Part shown: in pieces, positions 20,180 to 30,105 of the stretch | Layout: each line of letters opens with the position of its first letter | Numbering within the stretch: the first letter of the stretch is position 1 | Source of the DNA: a virus | Strand: one strand, 5' to 3' | Virus record (IMG/VR): IMGVR_UViG_3300042311_000577 | Location: 32,001 to 96,000 of that record | DNA length: 64,000 nt | Position numbers and translations under genes: made by a program | The notes under the pieces: model-generated | What the model saw: the letters and a program-made list of their open reading frames with translations, nothing else | What the model was told of the DNA's origin: nothing | Databases searched by the model: none

Positions 20180-23100
20180 TTAAGGAGTGGTACAATTATC
20201 AATATTATTATTTTTAATGATATTCTTTGCTGCAGCAAATCTACTCTTCTTATCACCGGCCGCTTGTTGTTTAGCAGCTTTTAAAAGTTCTTGATTTTGA
20301 GCTAAATTTTCAATACTACCTTTAGCTAAATCTGCAGTAGACTTATCTACATCTGAAACTATTGTTTTTTCTGTTTCTTGTTTAATGGCCTCTTCCGTAT
20401 TCTTAATAAAATCTGATTTTATTTTATCCTCTGTAATTGTTTTTACAGAAGCTTTCTTACCTTTAGTTCTATTAACAATTTGCTCAATAACAATCTTACC
20501 GTCTTTAACTTGTTTCACTTTTACAGGTTCATTATTTTCAATTCCAAAGATAGGATTTTTACTGATCAATGTGTCCCCTGGTTGTAAAATATCTTCAGAT
20601 ACACTAGTATTTAACTCTTGTTTTTTATTTTTATTAAGTCTTGTAATTACATCAGCAAATGCTAGATTTGGTTCTTCACTTATTAAGATAAGTCCATCCA
20701 TGTAAGCTTCTTTTAAATCTTCTAAGTTTGTAGCAGAGTTCATTTTTTTGATAATATTTTTAAACTCTTCTTTTGTAAATGTTTCTGCTTCAGTATTGAA
20801 TATAGCTGCAGATGTACCTTTTAATAAAGCATCTATCTCAGCATCAATATCAAATTTAACAGGAGGTGTTCCTTCTTTAACAGGAGTTCCTTCTAAAGTA
20901 GCAAGTTCATTTTCTAATTGTTCTAGCTTTTGATTTAATTTTTTAAGCTCTGGATTTTCTTGTATAGCTCCTTTTACAGTTGTATAAGCAGTTTTAGAAA
21001 CTTTCTCAATATTCTTTTTAAGTTTTGCAATATCAGTTTTTAACTTTTTAATTTTTGCAGCTACTTCTTTTTCATCTTTTTCTACTGGTTTTACAGGTTC
21101 TGATTTTGCTTTACCTTCTTGTTTTAATTCTTCAGGTAAATTTGGTTCAATCATTTCAATACCATACTTTGCAAGTACCTCTGGTGCTACTGGCTCTAAT
21201 GGTGCTAATACACTTTTCTTAAGATTTTTAAGTTCATTCTCAAGTGCAGTGATAGCTTTAGTATCTTTAGTTTTGGCTTTTTCAAGTGTAGACAACTTAG
21301 ATTGTAGATTTCTAATTAGAGGGGCATTTACCTGATTTGCAGCTGAGACAGCGTAACTTATATTACCGTCCATATCAGTTTTAGTTTCTACAGGAAGTAT
21401 AGATATAGTCTTAGCTAAGATACCAGTCATGTTATATAACAATGTTCTATAAATAGATAACTGAATCCTATAGTCTAATTTTTTACTATACTTATTATCT
21501 TCATCACTAAAGTTAGTCCAGTTCTTACTTGTTTTAACATCTATAATAACCAAGTCTCCAGTTTCTCTATTGAATGCTATTAAGTCCATGGCTCCTACTA
21601 ACCCCAATGAGTTAAGTAAAGTTTTATCAAATATTAAAACATCACTTGATAAGATTTTGTATTTACCGTCTATAACAGAATCTTGAAGCTCAGTAATTAT
21701 TCCATTATCACCAAATAGGTTATCATAAGATAATTGATTTATTTTAGAAGACTTTTCAGGCTTCATAAATTTACCATCAGGACCAATTCTAAATGACTCT
21801 CTAGTCATATCATCAACAGTATTACCTGCTATTGTAGACTCATCATATGCCACTTTTTGCACTGCTTCTTTCAAAGACTCTCTTGTAAGATTACTTGATA
21901 AAGCTCCTCTAATGATATCAAGTTTTCTTTGACTATTTAACTGAGCATAACTACCTCTTTTAATCTCATTCTCTAATGAGGTCATGAAATAATTTAATTT
22001 CTCTTCAGATTTTATCTCATCATTTTTAATAATTTCATCAAATAGATTTAAAAGTGTAGGTCCTTTTTTACTTGTTTTTTCATCTTCATTAACAGGATCA
22101 TAACCAGGAAATTCAGGTTCATTTTTTATATCACTCTTAATTCTAGATGTAATTTTTGTAACTCTTTCTGGTCTTTCCTCTTTATCAGTAAATTTATAAC
22201 CTATTACATTTTTACCATCCATTATTCTTTCAACTTCATTTTGTCTATTGACAACCATTTCATTGAAGATTGTGAAAGTAATAGCTTGATTATTTTTTTC
22301 TGTAATATAATTAGATCTTAAATATTTAATGTATTTATTTAATTCAGCTATATCATTTTTAATTGCAGTTCTAGTACTGTTATTTAATTTATTACCATCA
22401 CTGTCTTTGTTTGCATCAAGCATTTTTTCAAGTTGATCTCTTGTCATTTTTAATGATGTCAAACTATATTCAGTAATAGCTTTAGTTAACTCAATATATT
22501 TAAGATTAGGAAGAGCTGATTCAAAATCTACAGGTCTTTCATTGTACATTTTGATCCTATCACCTTTTGTTGCAAACCAACTATTTCTTAATTTCTCATA
22601 TTCAAATGAGTTAATATCTTTTAGATCAGCTCGTTTACCCAAACCTTCTGGTTCAGGGGCAGTTAAAAATATATCAAATTCTTCCTGTAATTCAGCTTTT
22701 AAATCATTTGGTAATTCATCCCAAGGTGTATCAATACTTACTTCAGATTCAGTTTGTTTTTTAGCAGCTGTCTTAGGTGTTCTAGGAGATTTACTAGGCT
22801 CTTTAATTTTATTCTCTACAGCCTCTATTAATCCTTCATATTTCTTCTCAGTGATTTCAATTTGTTTTTGATAATCTTCCCAAGATTTTGTTTTTTGAAC
22901 AGGCGGTGTTGGATCAAAGTCTGCAGCTGGAGTTTCATTTTGTAATTGCAATAACCTTCTATTGAGTAATATTGGTAATGCATATTTATTTTGAGCAGTA
23001 GTTAAAGAAATGTTTTGTGCTAGTCTTACTGACTCAAGATCATTTGGATCAGTATCACTTTCATTAAACAATTTTCTAGCATACTTCTTTAATTTTTTAC

Positions 23101-26100
23101 CTTCTACCGGATCAGCTAATATTTCATCTACAACAGAAAGATATTCTTCTTCTGTAAATAATGGTGGATCTAATTGTATATAGGCATCATATTTACCAAG
23201 AAGCTCATCATTTGAAATACTTTCTAAGTCATTGATTTCTTTTTTAAGATAATCAATTTCTTCAGCTATTTGTTCTTTGGTTCTACCTTCAGGTTTTTCT
23301 GGAGTTTTCTTTTCCCATTCCTCATAGGTTTGACCCGTTTCATTAACTAAGTTTTCTTCAAACTGAGCTTTTAAGTTGGCTAATTCTTTTTCTTTCTTTT
23401 TTAATAAAGCATTTACTGCAGTTTCAGTTTCTTGTTTTATAGCTTCATTATCAGTTTCTTTAGTGGTATCTTTAAGTTTTCTATGTTCAAAAAGTTTCAT
23501 TAAGTAATTATCATAGGCTAAACTTCCTTGAGGAATACCCATTTTCTTTTTTTCATCATAGAACTCTGTTGGCGGAATACCTTGATCTCTCCATAGAAGG
23601 AAATCATTTACACTCATATATATCCCCTGGTTGGCCAACCAGTTTAGTAAACCATTATCTTCAATGTCAGATAGTTCTTGCTGTACAATATCTTTATAAT
23701 ACTCTCCTCTTTTATTCCAGATATCAGTCATCCACTCTACATTTCTATTATAAACATCCATGAACCCTTGTGGATCATTGAGCATGTTTATTGCATCTAC
23801 TAAACCTCTAGACTCATCATTTAATTTATAGAAATCAAGAACAAGTTCAAATGCTTCATCAACTCTATCTGTAAATAAATAATCATCTGGTTTTCCAGAA
23901 ATAGTTTTTAATACATCATTGTAAGCTTTCTCTAAGTTTAATAAAACTTCTGCTTCAGTATCTTCATCTTTAGGTCCAAATGTTGCATCTAAATAGTCAT
24001 TAACTTCTTCATCTGTAACTTCTTGACCCTTCTGAGTCTGTAATTTATCTTTTGCTCTTGCAAAATATCTGTCTCTAGAATAATAATCTGCAAACTCACT
24101 ATAGGCAACATAATAATTTTCAAGAGCCTGAGCTTCTTTTAATTTTGCTTTAGCTAATTTTTTAGATTCAGGATCACCTACAGCTATAAGATTATCAGCT
24201 TCATTTTTTAATAATGATATTTCATTATACATGTCTTCTGGTCTAAGTATAAGATCAGATTGTCTTTTGGTCATTCCCTGTAATGGTCTTTCTTCATAAT
24301 GTTTATTCATTATGCCAACCATTCTTTCTCTAACATTATTAAATGTCTGGTTAAAGAAAACTGCAGATTTAATATTGTCATTCCATGCTTTATGCATAAT
24401 GTATGCATCATCATAAAATGGATCATCTTTACTATATCTAGATAGATCAATAGGGTTTGGAAATATCTTTTTATATGTATCTATTGATTTTTTAATTTCC
24501 CTTGATTCAGCAACTACCTCTCCTATTCTATTTTTGTAAGCTTCAATATCTTTATCACCTAGTTTTGGAAATGCTTCTCTAAACTCAGCATCAGTCATTT
24601 TTGTATAACTTTCAATTGCATTAAGATATGGATCAAGAACACCATATTCATTAAGCATCATCATATGACTTGCTAATGCTTCTGACTCAGCATCCATATT
24701 TTCTTTTTTATTCCCTGTCTCCTGTACTCTATTTAAAATATCTTGAGCACCTGCATTAAATAGTCTACTGTTAACCATTTCTTCTACACCAAATGCATTC
24801 ATTTGAGTTACAAGATCATCAACTATTTTACTTTTTTCAGTTTTGTATGATTCATAATTTGTTGGATCAAATATCTGATTGGCTTTCTCATATAGAAAAG
24901 TCATTGTTTTATTTAAACCACCAGCTAATGCCCCCATAAATAAACCAGATGCAAAAACTGAAAGACCTTCACCTGACATTTGTTGACCCAAACCTTTTTT
25001 ATAAAAAGTCCAAGGTGTTGTTCCTTCACCAAATGCAGCTTTAGAAATAAGATTTTGTCTTACCGGTTTAGTATAGAAAGTATCTTTATAATATTTTTCA
25101 TTAGCATATGCAATAGCTTCCTGTGAAACTTCCTGAGCACCTTCTAAAAGATTTCTTTTAAAATAACCAATTGTTCCCCAAGCAGACTTATGGAAAGGAT
25201 CAGTTTTCCAACCATTCCACCAAGTCTTAAATCCTTTCTCAGCAAACTTCCATTCATTTGCGGCAACATCAAATACTACATTACCAAGTTCTCCAAATCT
25301 TCCGCCTCCTACTGATTTCCAGTCTAATATTCTTTGTTGTAAAAATCCTTTGGCTCCAACTCGTGGATTAAGAATATTATCAAAACTTATTTTATTTGTA
25401 AGAAATATTAGACCTGAGTTCATTGCTGCTGTTTCATAACCAGCTTGTTTAGCTTGTGCAATAATATTTTTTAATTCTTCTTCACTTGGTGGGGCACCTG
25501 TTCTTGTAAAATGCTCTGAATATAACTCATTAAATAAATTATTATAAACCATACCAGCTTCTAATCTTCCTTCTGAAACTGCTAAGTTTATATTTCTTAA
25601 ATCTCTATAAGCAGCACCTGCTGTTCTTGCAATTTTATTTCCAGTTTTAAAAAATCCTGTAAAATCATCAGCGTTATTTAAAGTAGAATACCAAGCTTCA
25701 GTCATATTACTGAAAGGATTTAAAACTTGTCCTGCTTTTGATGTAAGAACTTTTTGCATTGTTCCTATACCATTAGTTTTTTCCCATACTTTTCTTACTT
25801 CATCTATATTTCCTAATTTATCAAGTAATTGACTATATGTGTTTATACCATCAACTGCTTCACCTGCTTTATAGGCATTCCATAATTCTTTAGCAGATCT
25901 AGGTGCAATTGTTTTAGCACCCATGAGTCCTCCTAATGCAGCACCAGCAATATTTTCAAACATAGCTGTAGAAATAATACCTGCTGTATAACCTAGGTTC
26001 ATGGTTAAATTATTTATAAATGAACCTATATTATCTTTACTAGAATGATATCTTGCTGTTATTCTATCATACTCTTCTGCTGTACGTTGGTCTTCACTAA

Positions 26101-26617
26101 AAAAATCCCAATCTGATATAAGTTTAGTTTGACTTGCATATACACTTTTAATACCATTCCATGCTAATGGAAGTACGGCACCTGTAGTTGTTCTATATAG
26201 ATCACCTAAAAATGAAGTATTATCATTTAACTTATTTTCATTATTAAGATATCTAGGATGAAATTCAGACTTACCCCACTGATTAAAGTCATGATATCTT
26301 TCAGCAAAAGTTCCTTTTGGTCCATCATCATATTGATAAACTTTTGCCCATTGGTTTTTATCTTCATTAGCCATTACCTGACTATCCCACATATCCTGTA
26401 AAGCTTGTTTTCTAGCTTGTGGATCAAACGTATTAGGTGGACCAGGGGGTCTTTGTGAAGGTAGTGGTCCAGGAAAAGAACCTGTTATTCTTTCCTTAAC
26501 TTGATAAGGATTAGGTAACTTGCCTGTTATAGATGATTGAGTTGGTTCATATAATGATGTTTTTCCTGAATATAAATCATCAACACTTTTTTCTAAACTG
26601 TTAGAGTTATTTTCCAT
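20180..26617 (-). CDS. Giant virion cargo protein with a PD-(D/E)xK (RecB-like) nuclease domain
   Basis: 2145 aa; GAMDLIAF...IIDVKT...QLSIYR motifs at about 21440-21600; Gly/Ala-rich hydrophobic segments in the N-terminal part. Confidence 0.75.
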   Translation of the reverse strand: MENNSNSLEKSVDDLYSGKTSLYEPTQSSITGKLPNPYQVKERITGSFPGPLPSQRPPGPPNTFDPQARKQALQDMWDSQVMANEDKNQWAKVYQYDDGPKGTFAERYHDFNQWGKSEFHPRYLNNENKLNDNTSFLGDLYRTTTGAVLPLAWNGIKSVYASQTKLISDWDFFSEDQRTAEEYDRITARYHSSKDNIGSFINNLTMNLGYTAGIISTAMFENIAGAALGGLMGAKTIAPRSAKELWNAYKAGEAVDGINTYSQLLDKLGNIDEVRKVWEKTNGIGTMQKVLTSKAGQVLNPFSNMTEAWYSTLNNADDFTGFFKTGNKIARTAGAAYRDLRNINLAVSEGRLEAGMVYNNLFNELYSEHFTRTGAPPSEEELKNIIAQAKQAGYETAAMNSGLIFLTNKISFDNILNPRVGAKGFLQQRILDWKSVGGGRFGELGNVVFDVAANEWKFAEKGFKTWWNGWKTDPFHKSAWGTIGYFKRNLLEGAQEVSQEAIAYANEKYYKDTFYTKPVRQNLISKAAFGEGTTPWTFYKKGLGQQMSGEGLSVFASGLFMGALAGGLNKTMTFLYEKANQIFDPTNYESYKTEKSKIVDDLVTQMNAFGVEEMVNSRLFNAGAQDILNRVQETGNKKENMDAESEALASHMMMLNEYGVLDPYLNAIESYTKMTDAEFREAFPKLGDKDIEAYKNRIGEVVAESREIKKSIDTYKKIFPNPIDLSRYSKDDPFYDDAYIMHKAWNDNIKSAVFFNQTFNNVRERMVGIMNKHYEERPLQGMTKRQSDLILRPEDMYNEISLLKNEADNLIAVGDPESKKLAKAKLKEAQALENYYVAYSEFADYYSRDRYFARAKDKLQTQKGQEVTDEEVNDYLDATFGPKDEDTEAEVLLNLEKAYNDVLKTISGKPDDYLFTDRVDEAFELVLDFYKLNDESRGLVDAINMLNDPQGFMDVYNRNVEWMTDIWNKRGEYYKDIVQQELSDIEDNGLLNWLANQGIYMSVNDFLLWRDQGIPPTEFYDEKKKMGIPQGSLAYDNYLMKLFEHRKLKDTTKETDNEAIKQETETAVNALLKKKEKELANLKAQFEENLVNETGQTYEEWEKKTPEKPEGRTKEQIAEEIDYLKKEINDLESISNDELLGKYDAYIQLDPPLFTEEEYLSVVDEILADPVEGKKLKKYARKLFNESDTDPNDLESVRLAQNISLTTAQNKYALPILLNRRLLQLQNETPAADFDPTPPVQKTKSWEDYQKQIEITEKKYEGLIEAVENKIKEPSKSPRTPKTAAKKQTESEVSIDTPWDELPNDLKAELQEEFDIFLTAPEPEGLGKRADLKDINSFEYEKLRNSWFATKGDRIKMYNERPVDFESALPNLKYIELTKAITEYSLTSLKMTRDQLEKMLDANKDSDGNKLNNSTRTAIKNDIAELNKYIKYLRSNYITEKNNQAITFTIFNEMVVNRQNEVERIMDGKNVIGYKFTDKEERPERVTKITSRIKSDIKNEPEFPGYDPVNEDEKTSKKGPTLLNLFDEIIKNDEIKSEEKLNYFMTSLENEIKRGSYAQLNSQRKLDIIRGALSSNLTRESLKEAVQKVAYDESTIAGNTVDDMTRESFRIGPDGKFMKPEKSSKINQLSYDNLFGDNGIITELQDSVIDGKYKILSSDVLIFDKTLLNSLGLVGAMDLIAFNRETGDLVIIDVKTSKNWTNFSDEDNKYSKKLDYRIQLSIYRTLLYNMTGILAKTISILPVETKTDMDGNISYAVSAANQVNAPLIRNLQSKLSTLEKAKTKDTKAITALENELKNLKKSVLAPLEPVAPEVLAKYGIEMIEPNLPEELKQEGKAKSEPVKPVEKDEKEVAAKIKKLKTDIAKLKKNIEKVSKTAYTTVKGAIQENPELKKLNQKLEQLENELATLEGTPVKEGTPPVKFDIDAEIDALLKGTSAAIFNTEAETFTKEEFKNIIKKMNSATNLEDLKEAYMDGLILISEEPNLAFADVITRLNKNKKQELNTSVSEDILQPGDTLISKNPIFGIENNEPVKVKQVKDGKIVIEQIVNRTKGKKASVKTITEDKIKSDFIKNTEEAIKQETEKTIVSDVDKSTADLAKGSIENLAQNQELLKAAKQQAAGDKKSRFAAAKNIIKNNNIDNCTTP

Positions 26618-29600
26618 ATTGTTTCATTAATTGTGTATTTTGAACCATGATACTACCGGCTGTAAGTTTTCCATCTGCAACCTCTGTACTAAAAAACTCA
26701 TCTCTAAATTTTCTAATATTTGTTCCTTGATTAGAAAGTGATTTTGTTAATGTCATCATTTCAGGTTCTTTACCAGGACCTACATATTCTGGCCATTGCG
26801 CTTGAACAGTCATTGTTGAAGGATCCATTTTATTTCTCATATATGTAAGACTAAAATTAGGAAATAATGGATCTTTATATTCTACACCTTTATCACCAGC
26901 AGCTTCAATTCTAATTTGTTCTACGGTTTTAAATGAGTTTTTATATAACTCAACATTCAATAAATTTTTAGCATCCGTAATTAAAGTAATACCATTCTTT
27001 AATACATTATTATAATCATCCTTGTCTTTCCAAATTTTATTATCATCACTTGTAGGTTCCCATTTTTTTAAATATTCTGCTGGTAATTTAAATGTAACAG
27101 ATGCTTTATCAGATCTACCACCACCAACTGATCCAACAGCTGTAATGAAAGATTTTAAATTCTCATCTATTTTACCTCCAGCTTTCATCATTAAATCAGA
27201 ATATATTGCTGCAAATGCTCTGTTATTTTCCTCTGCACCATCCTTAAGATCTGACCAAGGAGTATTTACACCTGAAAATGATACCCTATTGTTTTCAGTA
27301 TCTTTAAATGATAAATTATTTAAAGCACCTTTTACTTGTAAAAAATGTTCATATGATGGTGAATATACACCAGGTTCAATTTGAACAGCAGCCGCACCTT
27401 TATTCATTAAACCACCACCAGCTCCTCCAAATGCGCCTGTAACAGGAGTTTGTAAACTTTCAATAAGTTTAACTTTAGAATCTTTCATTGCATTAAACTC
27501 ATCTCCAAGATCCATTTCTTCACCAAATATACCTGTTTGAGCATTAACAAGACGCATAGTTTCAACAGGATTACTACTAAACATATTATAAATACCTTCT
27601 ATTCCTGAAGCTGCTAAGTATGTTCCTCCAGCTAATAATGCACCTACACCACCTGTAAATGCAGCACCTGGTCCTGTAGGAGCACCTACGGCTGCTCCTG
27701 TTCCAAAACCTAATAATGTTTCACTTGCTAATTGTGTAAAACTAAAACCATCATCACGTATTAAGGCATCAGGATTTTTTCTTGCAATATTTTTATAAAA
27801 TTGATCAGCATCTTGAATTGGATTATAATTATGATCATACATATATTCTGCATAGTTATAACCTTGTGCTTTTAATTTCTGAATAGTTTCTTCAGCAGCT
27901 TGTTTTTTATTTGCAATTATAGCGGCTTGTGCACCAGCATAATCATCTAAAGTTTTACTATAATTTCTTAATTGTTCAAAGCTTTTGCTATAATATACAT
28001 AAGGATTATCTCTTCTTTTTTCCATAACTAACATCATTCTTTTTGTCATGTCAGTAATTTTAGAAGGATCTGTTTTTCCAGGTTCTATTGTACTGCTATA
28101 ACCAGAAAGTTTTTCTTCTGCTGTAGGTATATTAAAAGTAGCTCTATATGGTTTTTTAGTAATAGGGTCTGTAAAAACTGTTTTAGATTGAATTTTATTT
28201 TGTCCATCTTTTGCAGTCTTTGAATAAGTACCTTCATTCCAATAAGCTTTATCTTCTTTTTCAAGAGAAGTTTCATATTGACCTTGATTTAATAAAGCTC
28301 CGATTTCTTGATCATTTAATGGTGTACCATCACTATGTTCTAGTGCATTATTAGTACCTTTTCCAAGTTGTGTTCTAGGATTACCTTTTATAAATTTAAT
28401 AAGTTCTGCTTTATTAGTTTTAAAGATATCAGCATTACCTACATTAGGAATTGTACCAGAATTAATAATATAATTTATATCATCATCACTTATAGTTTTT
28501 TCATTATAGAGATCTCTTAAAAGGTTAACAGCAAGATTTTTAGCATTAGAACCTTCTTGAGCATACATATCATCAATACTTTTTCTTACAACTTCAGGAT
28601 CTATTTTTACTCTATCCTTTTCTTCCATATTTGTAAAACCATCTAAGTCACCTAAATTAAAAACTTCAGTAAGTTCTTTTTTCTCTACTAAGTTTCCTTT
28701 ACCATCAGTTGTATATAATCCGGATTTTAATGCAGCTTGATACTGAATTTTTTCCATTGCTAACTGATGCTTGTATCCTGCTAATTCCATTTGACCAGCA
28801 TGTCTTTGTGAAATCAAGGCAGAATCATACTGATACTTTTGTCTTTGTACAGCAAATGGATTTGGATCATAACTTAATTCATAGTTATTAAATGCATGGG
28901 ATCTAATAGCAGCATCTAAATCAGTCTGTAATAATGATGAAGCCATAACAGCATCAACTCTACCTCTCATTTGATTTAAATCATCAAATGATAGTTTATC
29001 TCCACCTTCAGTTAATAATGTCTTATTTACATTATCAGTTATAAGTTTCTCATCACTTTCAGTTTGACTTAGCATCTCACCAATTTTTTCATTGGCATCT
29101 TTATATTTTTCTAATGCACTTTCAGCTGTATAATGAGCAGTACCATTTTTAATAGATTGCTCAATTGAAGATATCATATTATCATTAACTTTCTTTTGAT
29201 TTATTAAATCACTTTTAGTTAACTCAGTTTGTTTTTTTAATACATTCAAAGCTTCATTAAGATATGCTTTTTCAGCAAGATCAGCATTACCACCAAACTC
29301 TGGCCTATCTTTATTAGCCATTGCTTCATCTTTTCTTTTTAGATATGCTTTTGCTGCATATACTTCTTGTATCTTAGGATCTTTACCTAGGATAGAATAA
29401 AACAAACTCTGTAGAGGGGGAATGATTTGCTCCCCGTTTTGTTCAGTTATAATCCAGTCTCCTTGAGGTGTAGTCTTTTTAATTTTATAGTTTAATTGTT
29501 TTGCTAACTCTGCAGCTTTTTTATCCATATTAACATATGGTGTATACTTTACATCACCAAAACTTGTTAATTGCTCATATGGAGTATTCTTAAATTCTTG

Positions 29601-30047
29601 AATTTTATAATCAATTAATCTTAATCCATCTCCCCAATATTCATCATTTGTTTTTTCATCAGTTGAATATCTTTTACCCTCACCTATAGCTTTTTCATTT
29701 GAAGTATTTTTTGTCCATGCCATATCTTTCATAAGATTAGCATCTTCATAAAAAGGTCTAAAAAGCTGAGTTGCTTGTTGAACATTTTGATCTAATGAGA
29801 GATCCAAACCTGTAACTCTTTTTAAATTAAAATCAATTTTCTTAAATGTATTGTCTCTTTTTTTTACACTTTCATCATGTGTCAATGGAGCATTTAAAAT
29901 CTGACCATACATGTTATTAAGCTTACTCCAATTTTGATCATACTGACTTTGTTTTAATTGTAAAACATTTGTAGTAAAATTAAAATCAGGTTGGTAAGGT
30001 TGATAATCCGGTATAAAATCTGTTACTCCTAGTGGATACTGTGCCAT
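26607..30047 (-). CDS. Virion cargo/ejection protein
   Basis: 1146 aa, helical, with a glycine-zipper-like hydrophobic segment LLGFGTGAAVGAPTGPGAAFTGGVGALLAGG; immediately upstream of the RNAP block. Confidence 0.65.
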   Translation of the reverse strand: MAQYPLGVTDFIPDYQPYQPDFNFTTNVLQLKQSQYDQNWSKLNNMYGQILNAPLTHDESVKKRDNTFKKIDFNLKRVTGLDLSLDQNVQQATQLFRPFYEDANLMKDMAWTKNTSNEKAIGEGKRYSTDEKTNDEYWGDGLRLIDYKIQEFKNTPYEQLTSFGDVKYTPYVNMDKKAAELAKQLNYKIKKTTPQGDWIITEQNGEQIIPPLQSLFYSILGKDPKIQEVYAAKAYLKRKDEAMANKDRPEFGGNADLAEKAYLNEALNVLKKQTELTKSDLINQKKVNDNMISSIEQSIKNGTAHYTAESALEKYKDANEKIGEMLSQTESDEKLITDNVNKTLLTEGGDKLSFDDLNQMRGRVDAVMASSLLQTDLDAAIRSHAFNNYELSYDPNPFAVQRQKYQYDSALISQRHAGQMELAGYKHQLAMEKIQYQAALKSGLYTTDGKGNLVEKKELTEVFNLGDLDGFTNMEEKDRVKIDPEVVRKSIDDMYAQEGSNAKNLAVNLLRDLYNEKTISDDDINYIINSGTIPNVGNADIFKTNKAELIKFIKGNPRTQLGKGTNNALEHSDGTPLNDQEIGALLNQGQYETSLEKEDKAYWNEGTYSKTAKDGQNKIQSKTVFTDPITKKPYRATFNIPTAEEKLSGYSSTIEPGKTDPSKITDMTKRMMLVMEKRRDNPYVYYSKSFEQLRNYSKTLDDYAGAQAAIIANKKQAAEETIQKLKAQGYNYAEYMYDHNYNPIQDADQFYKNIARKNPDALIRDDGFSFTQLASETLLGFGTGAAVGAPTGPGAAFTGGVGALLAGGTYLAASGIEGIYNMFSSNPVETMRLVNAQTGIFGEEMDLGDEFNAMKDSKVKLIESLQTPVTGAFGGAGGGLMNKGAAAVQIEPGVYSPSYEHFLQVKGALNNLSFKDTENNRVSFSGVNTPWSDLKDGAEENNRAFAAIYSDLMMKAGGKIDENLKSFITAVGSVGGGRSDKASVTFKLPAEYLKKWEPTSDDNKIWKDKDDYNNVLKNGITLITDAKNLLNVELYKNSFKTVEQIRIEAAGDKGVEYKDPLFPNFSLTYMRNKMDPSTMTVQAQWPEYVGPGKEPEMMTLTKSLSNQGTNIRKFRDEFFSTEVADGKLTAGSIMVQNTQLMKQYGK

Positions 30048-30060
30048 AATTTTTTAATTA

Positions 30061-30105
30061 TAAAACTATTAAAATTTTTTAAGTTTACTAAACATAGAAA
30101 GTTTA
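30061..30105 (-). promoter_or_regulatory. Putative promoter TTTA-N20-TAGTTTTA with dyad TAAAC-N7-GTTTA
   Basis: Same 20-nt spacing as four other intergenic motifs; resembles the Bacteroidota -33 TTTG / -7 TAnnTTTG promoter. Confidence 0.5.
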
